DNA of 11,643 bases. Origin: Thermofilaceae archaeon (GTDB lineage: Archaea > Thermoproteota > Thermoprotei > Thermofilales > Thermofilaceae). The notes under the pieces were generated by a model, which ran no database searches, was not told the DNA's origin, and saw only the letters and a list, made by a program, of their open reading frames with translations. Both the position numbers and the translations under genes were made by a program. Of the stretch, positions 1 to 6,685 are shown one piece after another. The stretch's first letter is position 1. Each line of letters opens with the position of its first letter. The DNA lies in NCBI GenBank assembly GCA_038727095.1, contig JAVYWK010000044.1:1-11643 (forward strand), in the 5' to 3' direction.

Positions 1-119
1 ACTTGCTCCTGTAGGGATTTAATCGCTTTCGTGTGTTCCTCGAGCACTTTAGAGTGTCTCTCTAGAACCTCAGAGTGGTGGGCTACTTGCTCCTGTAGGG
101 ATTTAATCGCTTTCGTGTG
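1..119. repeat. 35-bp perfect direct repeat, 84-bp (28-aa, 4-heptad) spacing, inside the coiled-coil gene
   Basis: acttgctcctgtagggatttaatcgctttcgtgtg at 1-35 and 85-119; encodes HTKAIKSLQEQV twice. Confidence 0.95.
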
Positions 120-251
120 CCTAAGCGTCTTGGTGCTGAGCTTCTTGAGCTCTGCGAGCACCTCTGTTAAGCCTACAGCCCCAGCTACGGCCAACCTGAA
201 CTCGGCGTCCTCTCTCAGCAGCTCTAACAGCTTCAGCTTTAGCTCACTCAC
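1..251 (-). CDS. 5' part of heptad-repeat coiled-coil protein, DUF3782 / PD-(D/E)XK-nuclease-associated family (runs off window)
   Basis: Not in the ORF track. Translation from GTG at 251 gives MSELKLKLLELLREDAEFRLAVAGAVGLTEVLAELKKLSTKTLRHTKAIKSLQEQVAHHSEVLERHSKVLEEHTKAIKSLQEQV, open to the window edge. The N-terminus LLELLREDxEFRxAVAGxxG is typical of this crenarchaeal family. The nuclease domain itself is not in the window. Confidence 0.8.
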   Translation of the reverse strand, partial: MSELKLKLLELLREDAEFRLAVAGAVGLTEVLAELKKLSTKTLRHTKAIKSLQEQVAHHSEVLERHSKVLEEHTKAIKSLQEQ

Positions 252-273
252 ACTTTACTTGCGGTGGATCCGT

Positions 274-281
274 GTATTAAA
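274..281 (-). promoter_or_regulatory. TATA box for the coiled-coil gene (likely leaderless)
   Basis: TTTAATAC on the minus strand, 23-30 nt upstream of GTG 251. Confidence 0.6.
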
Positions 282-477
282 CGTACCGGCTACTGAGGCC
301 CGGGGGGCAATGGGCTGAAGCAGGCTTCGAAAGACCTTAAAGGGTTTAGAGCCGAGGGGGTTCTATCACTTCAAACACGAGTAATATTATACTAACCTGG
401 CCAACTACCAGGCTAAAAGCTATTTACGATCCCCGAGGAGTACAGAATCCCCAGCAAGGCGGCGGTCATTGACTCCA

Positions 478-684
478 GCATCGTGGAGAAGCTCGTGAGG
501 GCCGCTTCTAGTCAAAGGCCCGGGTGAGGGACCAGAGAAGTTCACTGAAACTCTGGAGGGAATTGAGAGGCTGGCGGACAGCATGCTCGGCTCGCCCTTC
601 GGCGCGGGGTGCGTGAGGTACGGGAAGAACTGGTGCCGGAGGTTGAAGCGCGACTACAAGTTCGGCGAGTTAATCGAGCTGTAA
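478..684 (+). pseudogene. eroded minimal nucleotidyltransferase (MNT), C-terminus recognisable
   Basis: Frame 1 reads ...GAGCVRYGKNWCRRLKRDYKFGELIEL* (stop 682-684), resembling the GAxRVxxGKxWYWxLKxDYKFGEVIEL tail of Thermoproteota MNTs that precede HEPN genes. The catalytic GS..DxD core is absent and the 5' boundary is approximate. Confidence 0.6.
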
Positions 685-1052
685 GGAATGTGGAGATCGC
701 TCACTCTGCAATAGGCTTGAAAAAAGCTGCACCATGCTCGCGAAGCCCTGGTGCGGGGCAACTACCCCTGCGTCATCAGGCAGTGCCGGAATGCTGTGAA
801 GCTGATGCTCAAAGCCGCGCCTAGCTTTGTGGGAATCGAGCCCCCGCCTGGCACGATGTAGGCCCGGTCCACTGGGTGAGTCAGGTCCCCAGAGTGAAAA
901 GCATACAAGCCCTCGCCATTTACTCGAGACGGTGACAAGGAGAACGACAGCCTGTTGGACGAGCTCTGCGACGGGAGGAAGCCGCGGAGGTTTCGAGGAT
1001 GGCCGAGTACGTTTGCGGGCCCGTGACAGTACTCCTCCCCCGGAGGGGTTAG
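681..1052 (+). pseudogene. HEPN-domain protein pseudogene (MNT-HEPN pair)
   Basis: Joined frames: VRNVEIAHS / LHHAREALVRGNYPCVIRQCRNAVKLMLKAAPSFVGIEPP (727-846) / WHDVGPV (849-869) / IQALAIYSRR*QGERQP...REEAAEVSRMAEYVCGPVTVLLPRRG*. The start overlaps the MNT stop as GTAA, plausibly a mutated GTGA. At least 3 frameshifts and 1 stop. Confidence 0.8.
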
Positions 1053-1291
1053 CTCTGCGGAACCGCTGGGACAGCTGGGGAGAGGGGTAGCGTGATAGTA
1101 GTCCTGGAGCGCCTACCAGCCAGTACCAGCATTCCCCAGCGCGGCATACACGAGCAGCTGCTTCAAGCTCCAGAACCTTTAAAGCACCGCCCACGCCTCT
1201 CCAGCTGTGAGGCTGAAGTACGGCAGGTGGATACTGAAGCCTGGGAGGCCGCTCTTCCGCTGGGGGAGGTGGGTCCTGAGGGAGGGAAGCT

Positions 1292-1708
1292 GTGGTCGTT
1301 TACGTGAAGTTGAAGGTCAGGGGGAGGGAGGAGAGGGAGCTCGTAGCCCTAGTTAATGGGGGCGCCCACAGCCCAGTGCCCGTGCTTGTCGTCGACGAGG
1401 TCACCGCGAGGGAACTGGGCTACATCACGGGCGAGGTCGCGGAAGCCTCGGTGGCGGATGCCCGCAGGAAGGTGTACATCGTGAGGGAGACGGTCGAGCT
1501 GTCGCTGCTCGGCGAGGAGGGGGAGGAGCTGTCCCGCGTAAAAGCCCACCTGGTCATACACCCCGGTCTGGAGGAGCCCCTCATAACGGACGTCACAATC
1601 GACGAGCTCGGGATCATCGTGCTGAGCTTCAGCAAGGGGCTCTGGAGGCACGCGCGAGATCCCCCGGACAGGGTCAGAGTGAGCGCAAAACCCCCCTACG
1701 CGCTATGA
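1292..1708 (+). CDS. retropepsin-like (clan AA fold) protein with Asn at the catalytic position (ALVNGG)
   Basis: 138 aa with SD-like GGAGGG upstream. The pattern VxLxV...ALVNGG...LVV...ARELG...EPLITD..IDELGI...GLWR..DP..VRxS parallels ORF 10183-10620 and archaeal retropepsin-like proteins. Confidence 0.7.
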   Translation: MVVYVKLKVRGREERELVALVNGGAHSPVPVLVVDEVTARELGYITGEVAEASVADARRKVYIVRETVELSLLGEEGEELSRVKAHLVIHPGLEEPLITDVTIDELGIIVLSFSKGLWRHARDPPDRVRVSAKPPYAL

Positions 1709-1862
1709 TAACCGCGCTACGGTCCCGCGCTAGGTGCTTATCCCCCTCCATGGCCTCCCTGCTCGTGATCCACCAGGCTTTCCTGGTTTGAGCCGTGGAC
1801 GGCCTAACCAGGCATCAGGGCTCTAGAATTGAATCCTAGCGCCACCTTGGATGACCCAACAG

Positions 1863-2213
1863 CTAGGAGCATGTAACTGAAACTGATGGAAGAAGTTCTT
1901 CGTATCTCACCCCCTCACAACCTTCCCGGCGGGGCCTCTTCTTCGCTGGAACCCAGAGCTGGGCGTCGACCCTAGCCCTCACGCTCGGCCCACCTACATC
2001 CTCGTAGCCGTACTCCGAGTAGTCTTCAGGTCCCGCACCCTCTACAGGCTTTAAAAGCAGGTGGAGGAGCCGCTCTCCTCCACGAGCGCTAATGAGGTAG
2101 AGGAGGATCGCGTCGATTAAAACCTCCCTCACGCTCCTCCCCTCCTCAACAGCCCTCTTCTTCAGCTCTGCGTAAAGCTCCCTGGGAGGCACGAAACTCG
2201 TCCTGACGCTCAC
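1863..2213 (-). CDS. ribbon-helix-helix (CopG-like) antitoxin read through into a truncated PIN/VapC N-terminus
   Basis: MSVRTSFVPPRELYAELKKRAVEEGRSVREVLIDAILLYL fits an RHH fold, followed by the acidic tail GPEDYSEYGYEDV. An in-frame GTG at 1982 then gives VRARVDAQLWVPAKKRP, like a PIN first strand (VDTxxW..AKKxP), and the similarity is lost soon after. Confidence 0.7.
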   Translation of the reverse strand: MSVRTSFVPPRELYAELKKRAVEEGRSVREVLIDAILLYLISARGGERLLHLLLKPVEGAGPEDYSEYGYEDVGGPSVRARVDAQLWVPAKKRPRREGCEGVRYEELLPSVSVTCS

Positions 2214-2721
2214 AACTCCACGACACCGAAATACGGTTACAAGCTTCGCTCTACTACCTCAAAAACCGTATTCACAAGCTTTGACCGATCGGTAAGGGCC
2301 CGACGAGGTAGAGGCCTCAAGGCAAGCAGAGGCATAAGCGCCTTCCATGCGTACCGGATCGCGAGGCTCCAGCGCAGAGATCGGAAAACCGCGGGAAAAG
2401 CGGTTCGAGGGAAAGCTATTGGAAGTCTTCGCCGCGAGGAAAAGGCTGATGCAGGAGCCTTTCGCTTGCGCCGCAGGGAACCTGGAGGGCTGCTGGTGGC
2501 TAAAGCCTGAGTGAGCTATAGACCCGAATCCACGGTACCCCGCTCCACCCTCCTCGAGGGTGATGCGGAGAAGTTCCTCCAACCTAGGTCCACCGGCTCG
2601 CACCCTTTAACGCGTTCCCTGTCCTTACCCTGCGGAGTTTTTTCTGCTCGAACTTCCAGGATGGGAGCTCTCTGGGCTGTACCGGGCCTGCAGCGCGCCT
2701 GCTAACCTGCCTTGGGCGGGG

Positions 2722-2729
2722 TTTATAAG
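2722..2729 (+). promoter_or_regulatory. TATA box for the PEBP gene
   Basis: TTTATAAG 22-29 nt upstream of GTG 2751, which supports 2751 rather than 2712 as the start. Confidence 0.65.
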
Positions 2730-2750
2730 GGGTGGTTAAGCAATTGTACC

Positions 2751-3305
2751 GTGCGGAGGCGCTTGCTGCTCGTATTTCTCGCGGCTGCGGTGGTCGTAAT
2801 CGGGCTCTTCGCGCTCCTCAGGGTTGGAGAGGAAGTCTCGCTTGACGACTTGAAGAGTGAGGCGAAGCACACCTTCACGCTCGAGAGCCCGGACTTCCCT
2901 TACGGCGGGGAGATCCCGGCCGCTTTCACGTGCGACGGCCGGGACGTGCCGCCCGCTTTAAGGTGGAGGGGGCAGCCGGAGGGCACCGTGAGCTACCTGT
3001 TGGTGGTATACGACCCTGATGCCCCTAGCGGCACCTTCATTCACTGGGTTGTCTACGATATACCGGGCTCAGCCACCGAGTACCAGCCAGGGACTGGCGT
3101 GAGCGGGCTGAACGACTTCGGCCGGGTGGGCTACGGAGGCCCCTGCCCGCCCCATGGTTCAACTCACAGGTACTTCTTCGTCCTCTTCGCCCTCGACACT
3201 AAGCTGAACCTGAGGGAGGGGGCTAGGCTGAGCGACGTGCTCAGGGCGGCGAAGGGGCACGTCCTGGCCGTCGCGGAGACTATGGGCAGGTACGGGAGGA
3301 AGTAG
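2751..3305 (+). CDS. YbhB/YbcL family Raf-kinase-inhibitor-like (PEBP) protein with N-terminal membrane anchor
   Basis: Motifs FTCDG.DV.P.L.W, YDPDAPSGTFIHWVVYDIP, GLNDFG.VGYGGPCPP, HRYFF.LFALD; N-terminal RRR plus hydrophobic LLLVFLAAAVVVIGLFALL. Confidence 0.93.
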   Translation: MRRRLLLVFLAAAVVVIGLFALLRVGEEVSLDDLKSEAKHTFTLESPDFPYGGEIPAAFTCDGRDVPPALRWRGQPEGTVSYLLVVYDPDAPSGTFIHWVVYDIPGSATEYQPGTGVSGLNDFGRVGYGGPCPPHGSTHRYFFVLFALDTKLNLREGARLSDVLRAAKGHVLAVAETMGRYGRK

Positions 3306-3469
3306 CAGGAGAGGCAGCTCGCCGCCCGCACCCGGGCAAGCCCGCTTAAGAGCGGTAGGCCGGAGGGGTGGTGAGCGGGAAGCGCTGAGCCGGAGGAGCG
3401 CCCCGGTCTGATCCGCGGGGATAGGATTCGGCGAAGCTTAAGCGCGAGCTTACGGTGAACCACTCCTCC

Positions 3470-3640
3470 AGCAGATGCTCAGCTCCTTAACTATCGCGTA
3501 GCGCCCAACGTAGCTCAAGAGCCCAGGTCCTCGAGGGCTGCGGCTATGGAGTGGAGGCTGTTGAACTAAGTTAAGGCGTAACCCGTCCCCAGCTGGTTAA
3601 GCCGTAGTACTCGGGCTTGAGCGGAGAACGCCTACGCCCT
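3470..3640 (-). pseudogene. PIN/VapC toxin C-terminal remnant
   Basis: Minus strand reads PLKPEYY.../QLGTGYALT*FNSLHSIAAALEDL/SYVGRYAIVKEL, matching the PIN consensus YGLTYFDSLHAAxA...SYDxxY..VKEL. TAG at 3566-3568 replaces Tyr and the conserved Asp is Asn. The remnant may extend to about 3790. Confidence 0.55.
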
Positions 3641-3800
3641 ATCAAAAGCTCGCACAGTAGCGAGTAGAGGGGTCTTTCACCTCGCCTCTCATCTAGAGCG
3701 TTGGTTAAGGCGTCCTCAATCTGGCCCCTAAACTGGGGAGACAACCTGCTGGGAGCAGAGGCACAGCTCCTTCCCTACCTCTGGGATGAGGCCTTCCGCG

Positions 3801-4259
3801 TCACGTTGATTTTGGGCAGGAGTACAAGCTCAGCGCTTTCCTCCTTTTAAGCTGTAGTGCTTCGAGCTCTTCAGCCGCGTGGAGCCTTAAAGTCGCTCTC
3901 AAACCACAGGTTTTCTCGAAGAGAAGCTTCCCCCTGAGCGCTGCCAGCTTGAATGAGGGGGGAGCATAATCGAGCAGCTGGACATCGATGGGGAGGCCAA
4001 CCTTCTCCTCCAAGCACTCTCGGAGCTCGTCGATGTACACCGGCTCACTATCGTAGCTCACCGCGTACCCCGTGTAGACGGCCACATCAACATCCCGGAA
4101 GATATTTGAGCTCACAAACCCCCCGTGCACAACCGCTAAGAGCACCTCCCCCCGCTCGTACAGGAGTCCCCGTAAAAGCTCCAGCACCTTCCCCCTTTCC
4201 TCCCAAGGCATCGACTTGGGCCGTCGCCTCCCCTCTTCAAGAGCCCTTAGCCTCGACAT
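3801..4259 (-). CDS. minimal nucleotidyltransferase (MntA-like antitoxin)
   Basis: VLLAVVHGGF...FRDVDVAV...GLPIDVQLLDYAPP.F...AL.GKLL is a Pol-beta-like MNT signature. ATG 4259 has SD GAGGTGGAGG and overlaps the end of the upstream HEPN gene. Confidence 0.88.
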   Translation of the reverse strand: MSRLRALEEGRRRPKSMPWEERGKVLELLRGLLYERGEVLLAVVHGGFVSSNIFRDVDVAVYTGYAVSYDSEPVYIDELRECLEEKVGLPIDVQLLDYAPPSFKLAALRGKLLFEKTCGLRATLRLHAAEELEALQLKRRKALSLYSCPKST

Positions 4260-4667
4260 ACCCCTCCACCTCTTTGATGAAGCGTTCAACCGCCTCTATA
4301 CCCCCTCCTTAGCCTCCCTATAGATCCTTAGGTCGTCTATAACCTAGTACCTGTGAACCACCCGGTTTCTCAACGAAGCCAACTTAACCATGCTGTTTCA
4401 GGTATCTAGGCTTATCACCCTATGGCTCGCGAGCTTGAAAAAAGCTTCCCGGCAGCTCTCAGCAGCATCGTTAAAATCCTTCTCAAGTGACGGAAAGGTC
4501 TGCTAGCGCCTCAACCATCACTACTATGCAGTACCTCAAGCTGTACCTCGCCCTCCTATCTGCGAGGAACTCGTCAACGTCCATTGAAACGATACTCTTA
4601 ATCTCGTAAAGCGCATCCACAGCCTCAGCACAAACCTGTTGAAGACCTCCCCATCCACTCCGGTCAC
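4237..4667 (-). pseudogene. HepT/DUF86 HEPN ribonuclease toxin pseudogene
   Basis: GTG 4667 MTGVDGEVFNR / AEAVDALYEIKSIVSMDVDEFLADRRARYSLRYCIVVMVEALADLSV / LEKDFNDAAESCREAFFKLASHRVISLDT*NSMVKLASLRNRVVHRY*VIDDLRIYREAKEG / GIEAVERFIKEVEGYVEAKGS*. RX4HXY motif at 4370-4347; 3 frameshifts; stops at 4398-4400 and 4344-4346. Confidence 0.9.
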
Positions 4668-4736
4668 AGTTCTAAAGGCGGGGACATAGTTTTGTACCTT
4701 TCCTCAAGCCTCCCGCACCCCCCAGCAGCAAGCCCG

Positions 4737-5642
4737 CTACGCCTGTGAAGCATCGAGTGAAAAGGCCAGCCAAGTATTCACCACTTCGCTCACGCGAATC
4801 CTCAACCCCGGAAGGGGGGTGAAAGGGCTTCGCACCCGTGTTCTCCAGCCTGCTCTCCAGAGAAACCTGGAGGCAGCCCTCAAAACGTTGTTGAAGCTTA
4901 GGAGCGCTAGCCAAGGTACCGGTGCAGCTACCACATCGTGCAGGCTCAAAGCACCATAGAGGCATCATGATGGATGGTGTTACCGAATGAAGTAGAGAGA
5001 CCCCCGAAGCATTCTTAGAGGACTTAAGAGCCCATCGCCGTCGAGGAAGGGTCTAACAATATCCATGCTTTTCGCACAACCTTTCCACACCCTCTCCAGC
5101 ATACATGGCCAACAGCCTAAAAGGGGAAGAGTACTGGGAGAATCCCCTAGAAAGTTTCAGGATAAACATAGGTGCTTAAAGCTTCGAAGCAGGAGCAACC
5201 TCGTAGCAACCATCAGAGCAGTGACAGCCGATACTCGTGGAAGCACGTCGAAGAGTAGCGGGAGAGGGAGAAGGCTGTAACGCTAAATCTACTGACGGAT
5301 AATGAGGCTGAAAACAAGCCTCTCCTACACGCTACCGTTGAAGCCGTGGAACGAGATGAGCCATGCAAAAAATCGGTACCTTCGAGAAAAGGGAGATGAA
5401 CCTTAAGGCGACCTTTAAGGAGAGAGTTCAAGCAGCCAGTAGTTCCACCACACACCCAGTAAATCTTCTAAAAACGATAAATTTGAGGAGCTTCTCAGTA
5501 AAAGGGGGAGGCTACCCCCTCGCAACGAGGAGTCAGCCGCTTACAAAAACTTCAACTGCACTAGCCGTTCCCCTTAACAGCCAACACGGCGAAAAAGTGC
5601 ATACCGCTGCACCCCCCTACTACCAGTAGGAAACACTTCCAT
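4737..5642 (-). pseudogene. possible degraded membrane-protein gene, family unassigned
   Basis: TATA-like TTTTATAC about 25-32 nt before ATG 5642, then stop- and frameshift-broken hydrophobic segments (YSLLPLPLLFDVLPRVSAVTALMVATRLLLLR; LSLHDVVAAPVPWLALLSFNNVLRAASRFLW). No diagnostic motif found. Confidence 0.3.
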
Positions 5643-5666
5643 CAGAGAACCGGGCATCCAAAAGCC

Positions 5667-5682
5667 GTATAAAATTTTTAAG
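5667..5682. promoter_or_regulatory. back-to-back divergent TATA elements
   Basis: gtataaaatttttaag: TTTTTAAG (+) 23-30 nt before ATG 5705 and TTTTATAC (-) 25-32 nt before ATG 5642. Confidence 0.5.
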
Positions 5683-5704
5683 CTCCCTTCAACCTCTTCA
5701 TTCT

Positions 5705-5899
5705 ATGCTGGGGAGGAGGGTTTTCTCTATTCTCATCTCTGCTCTCCTTGTTTTCTCGGTTCTCCCTGTTTTCCAGCTGGTGGGGGCTGCGTGGACTGGT
5801 GGGGCTATCTACATTAAGGCTGATGGAAGCATTGAGCCTGCAAGCGCACCTATAACCACGAGAAACAATAACGTGCGCTCTCACAGACGACAGTGGTAG
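5705..5899 (+). pseudogene. truncated paralog of the 5' end of the 785-aa beta-helix surface-protein gene, opposite orientation
   Basis: MLGRRVFSILISALLVFSVLPVFQLVGAAWTGGAIYIKADGSIEPASAPITTR vs MLGRGFSSILLTVVLVFSVFSFKPVGAVWTGGKIYIRADGRVEPANAPITTR. After a frameshift, ITCALTDD matches VTYILTDN, and homology ends at about 5891. Confidence 0.88.
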
Positions 5900-6685
5900 A
5901 AGAAGCCGCCCTACCCTTCATTGCAGAAAGCTGAAAAAATAATGAATCTTGCGCCAGTTAAGCTGCTTCAAGCTCTAGCGTGTACGCTACCATCGGGCTT
6001 GAGGCATCTCCTTCACAGGGTTGAGCACGGGGCACGCCGCTAAACAGAGGCTAAGCTTGAGCACTTGTCCGGCTAGTCTCGGCGAGGAGGTACTGGATTC
6101 AGGGCCTACGAGCCTAAAGGTGAGGTGAAGCGATCTAGGGGTTTGGGGGTTAAAGTCTAGGTTGGAGGAGCTCGATCCCGAGAAGCGGAAACAGCTTGAA
6201 GCGATCAGGGATATTGAGAGAGACTGATCAAAAGAAGCCTGGACTCTTCTCGCTTCAGGCGTCCGCGCGGAGTCTACTGTGAAAAGTTTTAGCGGGTATA
6301 CTGCTCGCGGTAGCAGAGCTTGGCATAGGTGTTCAAGAGTAGCTTGCTACTGGCCTCGCAGGACCTTACCCTATTGTCGGCCTAGCAGCTACAGCTATCG
6401 GAGCCGCCCTGATCGTTAGCGGCTTCAGAGAGCGGAGGTAGGGGTTTGAATTCGCTTGCCGCTACCGGCGTAACAGCTGGGGTAATCGCAGGCACGTTCC
6501 TCGTCGAGGAGCTTAGGAATAGTCAGAGTACTTCATGCTCGTTCAACTGTAGCGTATACGCCTCAAGCTCGCTCCCGCGCGGCACTCTTCTAGAACTGAG
6601 CTATTCCCCCAAACAGCATGCCTAGTGCTACTTGATTATCCTTAAAATTTTCTAGAAGGAAAGCTGGATAAGCCTCTAGGAATCA

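Noticed and set aside
1-119. 35-bp repeat pair as a CRISPR array edge
   Set aside because: The period is a multiple of 21 nt, it lies in an open coiled-coil frame, the intervening sequence is itself heptad-coding, and no cas genes are visible.
31-318. ORF-track 95-aa + strand ORF
   Set aside because: Ser-rich antisense shadow of the real minus-strand coiled-coil gene.
609-1307. ORFs 609-824, 670-1194, 827-1090 and 1092-1307 as genes
   Set aside because: No coherent domain; largely explained as off-frame or antisense readings of the MNT/HEPN remnants.
2259-2705. ORFs 2259-2603 and 2511-2705, and faint TA-like words (RGISAFHAYRIA, KRFEGKLLEVF, CWWLKPE)
   Set aside because: Could be further PIN or MNT debris, but the matches are too short to support a call.
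4760-5200. M48/HtpX peptidase assignment for the degraded minus-strand gene (PFTPLPGLRIRV resembles HP...RI)
   Set aside because: No HExxH motif found; the resemblance is too weak.
6137-6156. Partial match to the putative TnpB guide (aggggtttgggggttaaag vs agggggttcggggttttaac)
   Set aside because: Several mismatches in low-complexity G/T sequence, so a chance match is likely.
5900-6680. Short palindromes (tagcgt-gt-acgcta about 5976, agtagc-tt-gctact about 6338) and protein-like fragments (LKSRLEELDPEKRKQLEAIRDIERD, GLAATAIGAALIVSG)
   Set aside because: No regular spacing or recognisable family; probably gene debris.
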